64,000 bases of DNA from Nemertoderma westbladi (lineage: Eukaryota; Animalia; Xenacoelomorpha). The notes beneath the pieces are model-generated. The model was not told where the DNA came from and did not search any database. It saw nothing but the letters and a program-made list of their open reading frames with translations. The stretch is taken from assembly GCA_032718475.1 (NCBI GenBank), contig JAUCBJ010008088.1, positions 1-64,000 of the forward strand. The letters run 5' to 3'. Made by a program: the position numbers and the translations under genes. Of the stretch, positions 12,351 to 25,000 are shown in pieces. Numbering within the stretch: the first letter of the stretch is position 1; every line of letters starts with the position of its first letter.

Positions 12351-14557
12351 ACTTATGTAATGCAATTCTACACAAGGCTTAGTATTAAATAGATGAGGTT
12401 GCCAAGAGTATTATACTTAGTACACCCATACTGTTTGTTTAGGCCCTACCAACCACTCTGTGCAAACAAACATCAACTGGTTGGTTTGCTATTCTATAGG
12501 GAGCCACCTAACAAGGAAGTACATACAGTGCCAACTTTATAATCATTCACTGGGTTAGCCGGCTATTACAGCCTCAGCTGAATAACTCTTCCCAATGCTT
12601 TCTATGGCGATCTACAAGGTTACTCTCTCTTCTATGTTAATTGACGTGTAAGCTGATTGACTGTTAGTTACACAGTGTGTTGGGTACTATTGGATTGCAC
12701 TGTATTTATAATAATAATTGTTTTATTTTTAAATCTTTCGGCCAACATTAATTCTGTGGAGGCAGTATGCTTATAAGGTGGAATGTTTACTCAGCCTCAT
12801 ACTGATACTGTGTAAGGCTAACACTAACATTATAGTTTGAAATATATATATCACTGCTTATTATCTGTATCAGGATACACACCGTAGTTTAAGTTACTGA
12901 GGAGTCTCACCCATTGGATGACCAATAGTCCGACAAGACCAATACACGTGAGGGATGATGTCAGGAAAGTATAAGAGGTGGCAAGGGGAATGCACTCAGG
13001 AGCATCGAGAATTCATCCCTATTAAGGGGAAAATCGATGCAAATTACATTACAGCTGATTACTCCCAGATATGAAACCGTAACCTGTACTATTGAGTTTC
13101 GTTTATTGTTTTACTTAATAGATCGTAACACTACTGTAACCTGTTCCTTTCTTTTCGCAAAACTGACCTTCACTTACCGAGTTACTGCGTCGCAGTACCG
13201 GAAATTGTTTATAGCCGGATTACAAGGACTAGACTTATCTGTCATGGGATGAAATTGACAGTTAGCTTGTTGGGTAGTAGGAAGCTAATTTGGAAGATCT
13301 GAGAACAAATATTTCGTGTGGTTTGGCAAACGATTGAAAAGTGACCCAATAATCATTACTTGAACAAAATTTGGATTGTCTATGTTATTCAAATTCATGT
13401 TTTGTTGCATCGTACAGTAGCAATGGATCACATTAATCAAAAGACGGTTATGAACTTTGAAAAAATTACATATGACCGACAAGTCTATTCCGCGCAATCC
13501 CACGCAGACTAACGCAATGCCGTGATATCATTTTTTATCACTAATATCGATAATCACTACCCAATACCGCAGACGGTGTCTTAAATGCATAGAAAGATAA
13601 AAAGCTATGGGGGAGCGGTTTACAGATTTGGACCCGGCATGAAATTAAAAAATAATCGATGTTCATATGGGTGTATTTAATAAATTTAACTTTTTAATTG
13701 GAAAACGCTCTACCTCCCGTATGCTTAATTACTGTAAACGTACAAGTTCAATGAGGTTATTGGAGTAAAGAGGCTCACATACTTGCCTGATGAGTTTCCA
13801 TGTTTCTAATTCTAATTCATTTCCTCCGCTCCGTAAACTACCTTTCGAAATACAAAATCGACGATGTTTTCACAGTCCATTATTGCAGACTTGCCTGAAT
13901 GTTTCAGAGCCATTTTCACTAATATCATCTTCATTGCACCTACTGGGCCTTCAATTCTTTTTTGTATTAGTTGTATTATCTGACTCCATATGCGGGTAAG
14001 ATTAGGGTCAAATTGCAGTATGATTGGAGCCAGTGGTACTGTATGTTATCCAAGGGCTGTAGTGTAGCACACAGTAACTACATCCCTTCACATCGTATAG
14101 GACCCGCTCCAAACGAGGGAATACAGCATAATCTAATCTAAATCCTTATTCCTAAAATTACAAATAATGCTACTGTAAGTACATACAGTATATCTGATGT
14201 ATAAGCCCTGTATTACTATCTCACGCAGTGTTCCTGCATGGTGGACCGGGATTAACTCTGGTTCGGTACACTAAGTCATCAGAATTCCCATCTAACTAAA
14301 ATATTATGGTATACTCTTGAAGCAAAAAGTTCCCGGCGATAAGTTTCACACATTACGTATGATGCTTGCATTGTGTGTTGTATGTAACTAATGTAACTAA
14401 TAACTCTGTCAATATTTTTGATTAAATTCAACCAAACTTGTTTGTTACACATGCAGGCAGGCAATCGAATATCTCAAATATAATTTGGGTTAGGAGTCTC
14501 AGCAGCTCTCCAAACTCCCACTAGAGGCCCCACGAACGTGCATTATTCACATATTAG

Positions 14558-15663
14558 GGATAGTATTCTACACTAATCTGAACCGAACTGGATCGAAAAC
14601 GTGGCGAACTGGACCGAACTGGACCGCCAAATGAAAGATAATCTAAAAACAACCATCCATGCAGACAAGTGAAAATAAATATTGAAATTAATATGGCCAT
14701 TTCATATTTTATAAATTTAGTTGCGTTTAAAACATCGCTAAATTAAGATTACTTACTTCTAACACAGCTACTGCATTGCTTTTACCAGTCTACGTCTACC
14801 TGTCGAAAGTCTACATGTGTATATATTGCAGTGGACCGTCTGCGTTCAATGAGAGGTAGACCTACAATACTGCAATATACTCACATTAATAACATTAATT
14901 ACGTTAAGGGTAGCCTACTCGTCAGACACATACAGACTAATTAACATTATTATAAACTATATGCAGGCAGGTCACAGGTAGGCCTACTTCAGTACTTAGG
15001 TACGCCTGCACTATTAAGCCCCATAGCGGTATCTCTTTATTACGTTACATTTCTGCATTTGTTACATAGGCTAGCCTATACTAACTGTACTTCGGCTTCC
15101 GGTACCGTCTTATCATTGCTGCATTGCAGCATTGAATACAACTACAAGTACCCAAAATACTGCTATCTATGATATGTGCTAGATATGTGCTACCGGTATC
15201 TATCTATAATTTAAGCCTACTTAGGTATGACTAAGCTTAGGTAAGACTGAACTAAGCCCCGCACTGGTATCTCTTTATTGCGTTACATTTCTGCATTTGT
15301 TACATAGGCTAGGCCTATACTAACTGTACTTTTTGTTCCTGTACCGTCTTATCATTGCTGCATTGAACACAACTACCGGTACGCAAAATACTGCAATCTA
15401 TTATATGTGCTACTGTAACGGTAGGCCTAAACTGGTAAAAGCAGTACAGCAGTGTTTTATGTGAAGCAAGTAATCTTAATTTAGCGACATCTTATAAACA
15501 AATAAATTTACAATGTATGAAAAGACCAAATTAAATTCAATTTTAATTTTTCCTGTCTGCATGGATGGTTGTTTTTAGATTATCGTTCATTTGGCGGTCC
15601 ATTTCGCCACACTTTCGATCCAGTTCGGTCCAGTTCGGTCCAGGTTCGTGTAGAGTACTATCC
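14558..15663. mobile_element. Non-autonomous Mutator-like DNA transposon (MITE)
   Basis: Long imperfect terminal inverted repeats (TIRs) GGATAGTA(T/C)TCTACAC...gaccgccaaatgaa..ataatctaaaaacaaccatccatgcagaca; 9-bp TSD ACATATTAG at 14549-14557 and 15664-15672; internal direct duplication. Confidence 0.85.
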
Positions 15664-15710
15664 ACATATTAGGTACTCCCCAACGTCACTATTTATTCTT
15701 TTATTGCCAG

Positions 15711-15874
15711 GATAACTCCGTAGATATGTACAGCGTTGCGGGAGTGTTCTACCTTCTCGGGATGGGTGTTGTCGTATCATTTGTAGTCGTCTTCGCCGAA
15801 ATCATTGTATTCCGTTACCGAAGATCACGTGACCGAGCAGTGTTGAAACGTCACGGATACAGCCCTAGATGCCG
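15711..15874 (+). CDS. iGluR exon, M4 transmembrane helix
   Basis: tgccag|...|gtaggt; DNSVDMYSVAGVFYLLGMGVVVSFVVVFAEIIVFRYRRSRDR (typical AGVFY...AE M4). Confidence 0.93.
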
Positions 15875-17426
15875 GTAGGTGAAATCCTGAGAATATCATT
15901 GGAGCTTAATTACTTTTTGACAAATGTTTGGTTCTTTCCTTTGATGCGCCAAGTCAAAAATACTAGTTATTGAAATTTATTATTATAGTACTGTATATAA
16001 TAATTTTAATTATATTATTAGATAATAATTCATCAAAAGACGGCGGAAGTCAGGAGATTCATTTAACCCTTCGCGTACCAAAAATAAATTACATAAATTT
16101 TTCCTCAAAAATGACCAAGAAAAACATATATTATCGGACCAAGGTTTATTTTCTTTTTGTATCAGAGATATTTTATATAAAGAGTATAATCATATTATTA
16201 CTTATCCTACCCTAAAATTATCCTACCCGCCTTTAACCATTTTCGAAATTTTTAAATCTTTCATTTCAACCCCATGTGCTGCACACTGCGGCCATAATTT
16301 TTTGAATACAATCAACAAAATTAGTGGTTAAATTGAAATTAAATTACACAAATTATGTAATTTAAAATACCCTCAAAGCAATAGGAATCCCTTCAAGCAA
16401 TGTTAAATTAACTTTTCTAGACCAGATTGTCCTGCCCAACACGAATATGAACCCCATTTTTCTGCCCCTAATGGTTATAAGAAAGTTGTAAGATGTTTTA
16501 AGGGCACGTGTATGTCAATACATTGTACTGTACTATTAAGCTTATGTACCACTTCTGAGGAATTGGTTCAACAGAATGGCTTGAAATTTTTATGGGAATT
16601 TATTTCGCGTGTGTCTCAAACGTGGAACCACAAAATTAAAAAAAGATAATTTGGTCGCCAGAAATTTTCAAAATGAAAAAAGTCATTTTTTAAAATTGAA
16701 AAAAAACACGTATTTTGGCTCTTTTTTGAGATGAAACTTTTGCAATTTCTAATCTACATGTCCAAACGGTGGTTCCGCCTATAAAGGATTAGTAGAAGAA
16801 CATATACTGAAAATGTCATGCAATTTGGTCCAGTAGTTCCAAGAAACAGATACATGAGTAAATGATATAAACGAAAAATAAAATGTGAGGTTTGATCAAG
16901 AAATCGACCTACCGTTGCAAAATATTATTTCACATAATTAGAGGTTGAAGTCAAAATAGTTCATTTGGTATTAAAATATCGAATTTTATTTTTTTACTTT
17001 TTCTAGATCAGAATTTTTTGCTAATTCTGAAACTGTAAACGAAATTTTCATATCTATTTTAGTTTTGGAGTTATTTGATTTTTTGTAGACCTCACTCATT
17101 TTGAAATTATTATAAATAAGTGGCCAATTATTTGTAAGATTCAGTAACAGTATTACTTTTTCAAAATACTATAATTGTATTTGTCCTACAGGATAATTTT
17201 TGCTATGAGTTTTCCTGTTCAGTGATTTAATTTCAATTGTTACTTTCCACGGCTGACGGATCATAGACTGTCGATCAGTCTGTTTGTATGTCTGTCTGTG
17301 TGTCCGTTTGTCTGTCAAAAATTAGGGAATCATGATATCTAACAAAATGTTCTGCTTTCTCGGAAGGCGATTCCATTTCCAATGTCGATTTATGGGTTTG
17401 ACGCGATCCTGCTTGTCTGAATTCGT

Positions 17427-18616
17427 TGTAAAAGCTTTTGTGGGATAACTGATACGTTTGCCTTTGCTGGCCAGTTCCCCCCCGGTCGCTAGAATACTCT
17501 CAAAGGGATTTATAACTAAAATAGTGCAAGCTACCAGCTTATTGGCTGATGTGCTGTACGGAGATATCTGGGCTCAGTTTAATCGGCCAACTAGCTTAGA
17601 GAGGTTGCCTTAGCCTTGCTGTCCGTATCGGCCAATAGAATTTGAGTGGGCGTTGATTTCGACCTATCCCAGAGCTACTGAACTGAATTTCCTATCTCAC
17701 TGCTCATCCTCTGTGTTGAACGGGAGCTTCGGGGAATAAGGGTAGTTGGTATCCTCGTATAGTAGGTAGTCATATGATTCTTCATATGATTCTGTTGTTA
17801 TGTTCCCATTTTTCGCCATAACACCGGCTTTAGGGAATAACTCCAGTAAAACTGCTTAAATTATCGAAAGTATAACTGTTACCTTAACTAATCAATCTTA
17901 ACTTACTTAACTCACTATTAATCATATTGTTTGTACTGTTATTTACCGTCAGTTATTAATTGTATCTATTTGTTGATGGAAATATTGCTCTTTGGATAAT
18001 ACGGATAAATCACCCAAATTTCCCAATTTTCTTGATACACTACAGGTTAGAGAGACAGGCTATACATAACAATTGCGATTTATATTAATGTGGTGTGTAT
18101 TGAATCTAATGTTATTTAGCAGACCCTACATGAGTCAATTGCTGCTCTCTTTATGTGTGATCAAATTTACTGACGGTCGGCAGAATAGTGTGCATGATTG
18201 TGATTGGTAACAAAGTATTTCCTAAAGAATACGCCTTATACTTTAATCATAAGCGGTATCGTTGCGTTTAGTATAAGTCCTAGTTCTGTTTAAATAGATA
18301 GAGCGCCACGTCCTAAAGGAACTGTTAATATTTCCCGAAAGCCAATAATATCTGTCAGAGATTAATTATTAACGATCTATCGAATAATACAGTAGGTTTA
18401 CACTGCAACCTTACACTGCAATAATAAAATTTAAGCAGCCGAATTCAGCCTCCCGGGTGTAGATCCATCGGGTGAATGATCGCGCATGGGCTGACTTCGG
18501 GTAATGTTTTGTGTATTAGCATAAAATATTGTCGTATGCTAAAGGTGTTTTAATTAACTAAAAGACATATAAATTTTGGCAGGTTAAACTGCTAAAGGTC
18601 TTCAAAAGCGCGAACA
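17427..18616 (+). repeat. 5' LTR
   Basis: TGTAAAAGC...GCGCGAACA; CCAAT motifs at 17540-17640; AATAAA near 18423. Confidence 0.96.
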
Positions 18617-18685
18617 GTAACAGTTAACGATCTTATTGCAGTAGGCAATAAGGTTGCAAAATACCGTAGTGACCGGTAAACCTGA

Positions 18686-20740
18686 ACCGGTACTTCTGTA
18701 GGTCTGTAGGCCCAACTGTCCTAACCGGTACTGCTGTAGGTCCGTAGGTCCAACTGCCAGAACCGGTACTTCTGTAGGTCTGTAGGCCCAACTGTCCTAA
18801 CCGGTACTGCTGTATAAGTACATTAGTATTATTCGATTTTGATTATTGTATACCGGTAGGCTGTTTAAGAGATTAGGGAGTGTACACCCCTTGTTTCTTT
18901 TGGAGCTTACTTATTTCTGTCGGTTTTATTTCCTAGTAAGTTAATATTGAGCTGAAGACGTGTAAGTCTGCTCAGATTGTTCAAATAATTGTAGGCTGAA
19001 CTGCTGTCTGACTGTTGTTGGGTTTGGAGAGATTACGGTGTGTGTAGAGTTTGTCTGATAAAGTGCCATTAGTAAGTTGGGGCAGCCATATGCGGTAAGG
19101 TCAATCCCCTCTTAAAGAATAAGTCGTACTACCGTGTTAGAACGCATACTAACTAACAGTTTCAGAGTCTGCATATACTGTAGTTTATTTAGGCTTGATC
19201 GTAGTCTGCCAGTGTTTTGGCCTGTGTTTGTTTGTGTGGTCTGTTCAGGTACCGTAATAGTTATTACTCAAATATTTTGTAGGCTGGATTGTTGTCTAGC
19301 TATTCTTAGGTCTGAAGGGATTGCTGCGTGTGTAGAGTTGGTCTGATAAAGTGCCGTTAGTAAGTTGGGGCAGCCATATGCTGTAAGGTCAATCCCCTCT
19401 TAAAGAATAAGTCGTACTACCGTGTTAGAACGCATACTAACTAACTGTTTCAGAATCTGCACATACTGTAGTTTGTTTAGGCTTGATAGTAGTCTGCCAG
19501 CGTTTGGTTTGTATTCTGTTTGAGTATTCTGTACGGGTAGCGTAATATTTATTATTCAGAGTTTATGCGATTATTCGCAACATTCATGTCCCCAAGTTTA
19601 TTCCTACAGTAATTGTGTTTGTTACACATACCGTTATAGTTAAATTAACCCCGGTACTACACGGGCTGCTTGGCGTAGGTAAAGACTGGTGACTTTGTGC
19701 TTCGGTCACTCCAGCAGATGCCGTGGTTCTTTTAACTGTTCAAGTATATTTAACTGCTGATTATTTGTTATACCGGTACTTGTACCTAATTTAGGGTTTA
19801 GTGTACAGTGCTTTCCGAAGTAATTAGTGTGTAGGCAGTATATTTGTGTTGTAAAGTGGTTGATAGGCACATTCGTTAGCTCTATTAGCTTCTGGGTAGG
19901 AACAATCCGTGATACATAACGTAGTACCTATAGCGATACGGTTATAGGTCGTCAGGCGGTGGTATTTTCTTATCTGGACAGTACAATATATTTACTACTA
20001 CTTATTATTTCAAATACCGTAGTACCCTGTCCGTTGTAATAACCAGAATTCTAACCCTTTGTTAGGCTGGTTTGTAGACTTCCTGTAAAATTACCCTAAA
20101 AAAATTTCGTACGTAATATTTTGTTGTGTTTAATTAGAGAATTAATCTCACCAGTATAGTAAGTAATTTGTAGTATTAAGTAACTTAGGTAAATTAGAAT
20201 TATCAGTTTTTAGTGTCAAATAAATAGCACTTCACTGAGAGCGCACAGCTTCTGTGTAGTGACTCCCCCAGAAATAATAACATTTATTTCAAATATTGAC
20301 AAAAACCCATTTAAACGGGTATATAAATATTATAAATCAACTCAAACGATTTATAAATAGTAGGCCTGTCATACAACAACTAGGTCTCACTATCAGTTGG
20401 ACTACTGCTTAAATAACGGTAATAAAGTAAGTTAAAGTAACTAAGTAACCCTAAAATATTCAGGAATTCAATTATTCTAAAAATAATTGACATACCGGTA
20501 CTTGCCATAGGCTTATTATATTTATTTCTATAAATTTGAGCTGAAATCATACCGGTACTCTGTAATTAATTCTAGTTCATAATTATACTTATATACTATA
20601 AGTGTAAGCTGTATACCGGTATTCACTATAGGCCTACTATATATATATATATATTTGTGCTAAAATTATATACCGGTACTCTGTGACAAATCTAGTCTGT
20701 AATAATACTTATATATATTATAAGCATACCGGTATTCTAA
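18686..20740 (+). repeat. Tandem repeats in the long (2.2-kb) leader of the LTR element
   Basis: 38-bp units (accggtacttctgtagg...) at 18686-18815; ~288-bp duplication at about 18980-19560; ~90-bp ACCGGTA-containing units at 20490-20740. Confidence 0.75.
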
Positions 20741-20872
20741 TATATTGTATATATATCACGTTACACCAAGTAACGGTACCGGTAATAAATCGCTAGGCTT
20801 GCGGTCATACTGAATTACCAGACTTGCTTTAACTGAAGCTATAGTAGTAGACATTCAGCTGTATAGCTAAAC

Positions 20873-22039
20873 ATGTCTGACACTCAGCAAAACCTGTCAG
20901 ACAGTCTGATCGATACAACTATCTGTGACTCAGATAGGAGTGTGGAGCGATTAAGAAAGGAGTTCAGCTCACCTCCTACTGCAAAAAAGGTCATCCCTCC
21001 AGTAGTATCAGACCCTAGGCTAATCCACCATAGGTCTATCATAGGCACTCGGGCACAGGTCAAACGGAACCAAGAGGCAGCTGTCCTATCGCAGCAACAT
21101 CTTGGTCAAGAACCTACTTCCCAGCGATCCGATAGCTCCAGCAGTTCGGATACTGTAGAGCTGACCCCCGAACGCGGAGTGCAGATGGCTGCTACAGTCT
21201 ACTCGGACCCCCTTCTTACCCTTCCTGCTGCAGTGCTAACTACTATATTCATTGCGGTGGAGGAACATCAAGCCGACTGGGCGAGAAATAAGCGAGCGAC
21301 CCAAGATAATTATGCGGGATACGCCAGGGAAGAATTGACGTCTATTGTCGAGTCACAATGGAACTTTCCCGGACTCGGACTCCCGTTGGATCTGTCCGAG
21401 GCTACTTGGGAAGATATACACAGGATGGGAGTGGCTAAAGATACAATGGATCCAGCTGTTTGGAAGAGGTCGGCAGCAGGATATGTGCAGGGATTCTTCG
21501 GCTCCTTGGAGCGATTGGAAGAACAACTGTTTCGACAACTTCAAGGACCTCAAGAGCAGGAAGAGCTGCTATATCAAGTACGAGAAAGAACCCTACGCAT
21601 TCGACTAATCCTCTCAGCCTTTGAGGAAACTTCCAAAAGAAGACAGGACACGTCGCTGCAAGTTGCTGTCAAAACTTGGTTACATCGGGTAGGTCTCAAA
21701 GTACAGGAAACGGCCCAGTGGAAATCCCAGCTGGCTGAGAGATCACCCTATGAAGAACAAACTGATGTCACTCTTTCTCAAGCGGAAAGCGAAGAGACCG
21801 CCGAGAAACCGCGAACTAGAGACGCTATCGACATTTATTTGTCCGACTATCAGCGATTCCTAGGAGACGAAGAGTTGAGGAGACGGCTGTCTGGACTTTC
21901 CCCTAATAGTGAAGGAACCAAGCTTGTGTTGGACTCAATCGATGCCGAAATGTTAGCTGCAAACCAAGCTGAATGTGATGAAAAACTCCGCCTCACTAGA
22001 GTCCGAGAAGAACAAGTAAAGAAAGAAAGAAAGAACTGA
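20873..22039 (+). CDS. LTR element Gag N-terminal part (frameshifted relative to the downstream gag-protease ORF)
   Basis: 388-aa ATG-initiated ORF ending in an (AAAG)n run; the -1 frame is open from 22000 and continues into the gag-protease ORF. Confidence 0.8.
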   Translation: MSDTQQNLSDSLIDTTICDSDRSVERLRKEFSSPPTAKKVIPPVVSDPRLIHHRSIIGTRAQVKRNQEAAVLSQQHLGQEPTSQRSDSSSSSDTVELTPERGVQMAATVYSDPLLTLPAAVLTTIFIAVEEHQADWARNKRATQDNYAGYAREELTSIVESQWNFPGLGLPLDLSEATWEDIHRMGVAKDTMDPAVWKRSAAGYVQGFFGSLERLEEQLFRQLQGPQEQEELLYQVRERTLRIRLILSAFEETSKRRQDTSLQVAVKTWLHRVGLKVQETAQWKSQLAERSPYEEQTDVTLSQAESEETAEKPRTRDAIDIYLSDYQRFLGDEELRRRLSGLSPNSEGTKLVLDSIDAEMLAANQAECDEKLRLTRVREEQVKKERKN

Positions 22040-25000
22040 TAGAGAGAAGAAAGGTAGCAGCAGCAGCGGCGGCGGAAGCAGAAGCAGAAAGAAAAGAAGC
22101 AGAAGCCGAAAGAAAAGCAGCAGAAGCAGAAGCCGAAAGAAAGGCGGCAGAAGCAGAAGCAGAAAGAAAAGCGGCGGAAGCCGAAAGAAAGGCAACAGTG
22201 GCAGAAGCAGAACGGAGAGCGTCTGAGGAGACTATCCAACTAGAGTTGGAAAATCTGCAAGAGACGCAAGACAGTATAAATAAACAGTATACTGCTAATC
22301 AGATGCAGATGATGAGAAAATCTACTCCCAAGCGCCAGGGATACACATCCTCGGAGGAAGGCGATACTACCGATCCTGAAGGCGGAGGAAATAGATCTCA
22401 TCTAAGTAGGCGTAGAAAAACTTCTTACCGTCGCAAATTGCCTGATTTGCCCCCAGCTGTTAGAAGACAGCTAGCTAGCACAGACTTAAGTAGTATAGAA
22501 CCTACGGCCCAAAGTATTAAGGTCCAAAGACTCTCTACAATAGTTGATGAACCTGAGATAATTAGGCCTGTCGTTCCCAAAGTCACTTCTGTGTTAGAGA
22601 CCCCTGTACTTCCAGAGTTTAACTCTAAATTCCCTTTACATAGTACTACACTGCCTGTACCCGGTGGAACAGCCCAAGAGAATATCCCTGTCCAGATAGC
22701 AGAGAGAGAAATTAAAAATTTGTCTCCCGTCGTCCCGCGTCAGCCCGCTACTATGTTGGCGACTCCCGCTTCGGCGGTTGAGTGGGTGGAAGATGGACGG
22801 CGTGGGATGAATCTCCTGCTGGGACAGATGCAGGAGACTGTCCACCAACTTAAGGGAACAGTGAGGGAAAGTAGAGCAGAGTTGCAAGAAGTGCAGCAAA
22901 GTATCGCGCTAGAACGCGACAAATTAGTCAATATAAAAAAGGGCATACCAATACCCCCTGTAACATTGTGTCAACCTGTTAGGTCTGAAGTATTACATGC
23001 GCAAGGTGTGGAGCCTACACGCATCTATACTGCTAGTGAAGTTGAAACTCCTATAGCAAACCCTATTAAGGGTGATTATAGACCTGTTATTAATGATATT
23101 CCCTATAGACCTGATAATGATCCGAGAAATTTATATACCGATAAGTCGATATTAAATAACACGATGGCCCAAGAAAGCTTTACGCGTCAGATGGCTAGAA
23201 CAGAAGCCCGCCAAGCGGTCAAAGTGGGAGAGATCGTCAAATTCAATGGAGATGAGATGAAATGGTTACCTTTCAACGAATATTACAAAGATAGCATACA
23301 GAACTCTGTACTATCTAACGGAGAGAAGCTTAGATTCCTCATCAAGTGCTTGGAAGGACCTCCCAAGTTAATGGCGTTAAAGTTTATTGGACATCCAGAA
23401 GGATTAAGACAAGTTTGGGATACATTAAATATCAGGTATGGTAACAAGGATAACATAGCTAAGTATTTGTACGCAAAATTAGTAGCCCCCCGACACTTCC
23501 TTAGTAGTGGGATTATAGAGTTTTCCGATGAAATTCAAGAGATCTGTAGACAACTGGACTGGTTAGGTAAGTCGCACGAATATCAGAGTTCCATGGTTAT
23601 TGGAGCCGTAGTCTCTACTTTACCAAAGGGTGGAGTATGTACACGCTGGCACAAGAAAGTGTTGTACATGAATGAACAACAACGACGAAGTCCTACCATG
23701 GCTGATCTCATGTCCTTCTTAGATGGTGAGGTAAAACTACAACTCATCAAGCAGGCCAGAGAGAAAACATCGGAAAATAAGGTAAGTGAGAAACCCGTTT
23801 CTAGGAGAAGGATAATACCAGTGTGTTACACTGACGACGGCGAGAGCCAAGCTTCTCAAGAAGAGGACAGCGGGAAAGACACAGCAAAATCTTACTATGA
23901 CAACAAGACCTATAAAGACGTAAGTAAATACAAGTCTCGAATCAGTGACAGGAGAAAACAGGTAACAACAACTCCTCCTACGTCTCCTAAGAGAATTCAC
24001 GGAAGAAAGCCCGAAGAAAGAACGAGAGTGCATAACGTTACCCAAGGTAAGGTGAGTAACATCAAACCAAAATGTGCGCTGTGCGACGGGCCCCACCGTT
24101 TGAGTGCGTGTGCTGAATTTCTAAAGAAATCCCCTGTAGACAGACGTACAGTCCTGTGGAATAAGCGGTTATGCTATAATTGCCTCAGATCAGGACACCA
24201 ACGGCGAACCTGTTACTCCGACGTAAAGTGTGCAAAGTGTGGCGCGAAACATCACATCTTGTTACACAGTGAGTTCGAACGAGACAACCCGAGTCAGGTA
24301 AGTGAGCCCGAACTACATGTCCAATTCAGTGATGTGAACGACACTGACCAAGGTTCTGAGTGGGAAGGATTCTATACAGACGAATTCTCCGATGCCAACG
24401 AATCCTGTTATCTAATAAATACCACAGTGTATCGAGCACTTACGGATGAAAAGGACACTGACGAGTTTACTCCAACTCCTTTTGACAAACAACCATCTTG
24501 GAAAGTTCCAACTTCCAACATAGGAATAAGAGAATTTCCTGTAGTGCAAGTTCGAGTTCATGGTCCCAACAAGAGTTACATAGTGAACGCCCTACTTGAC
24601 TCCGGCAGCACAGGAACATTCATCGATCAAGAACTAGCCGAAGATATCTTTGCTGGACAACCCAAGTTCCGGACTAAATTGAATATGTCAGGAATTATGC
24701 AGGTTTGGAAATCTACCCTAACGGCAGATTACTATGTAGGTGTGTTGTCCACCCCCCAGGATAAGTTAGGAACACAAGGTATAAGGTCAGTAAAAATGGT
24801 GGCTATAAAGAACTTTGCTACTACTCAAGCAGACTTTTATAATTGGAACGAAGATGAGAGCATCCAACATCTTAAGATACCTCGATTCCAGACAGATTAT
24901 CCTGGAGTGCAAATACTCATCGGCCAAAACGCGCACGAGGCGCTCGAAACATTAGAGAAACGGCCTGCTCAACCACAGCCATTACAAACTTATGCGGTAA

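Noticed and set aside
13780-13810. CCTGATGAG as a hammerhead core (also at ~55)
   Set aside because: No flanking stem II or correctly spaced GAAAC found.
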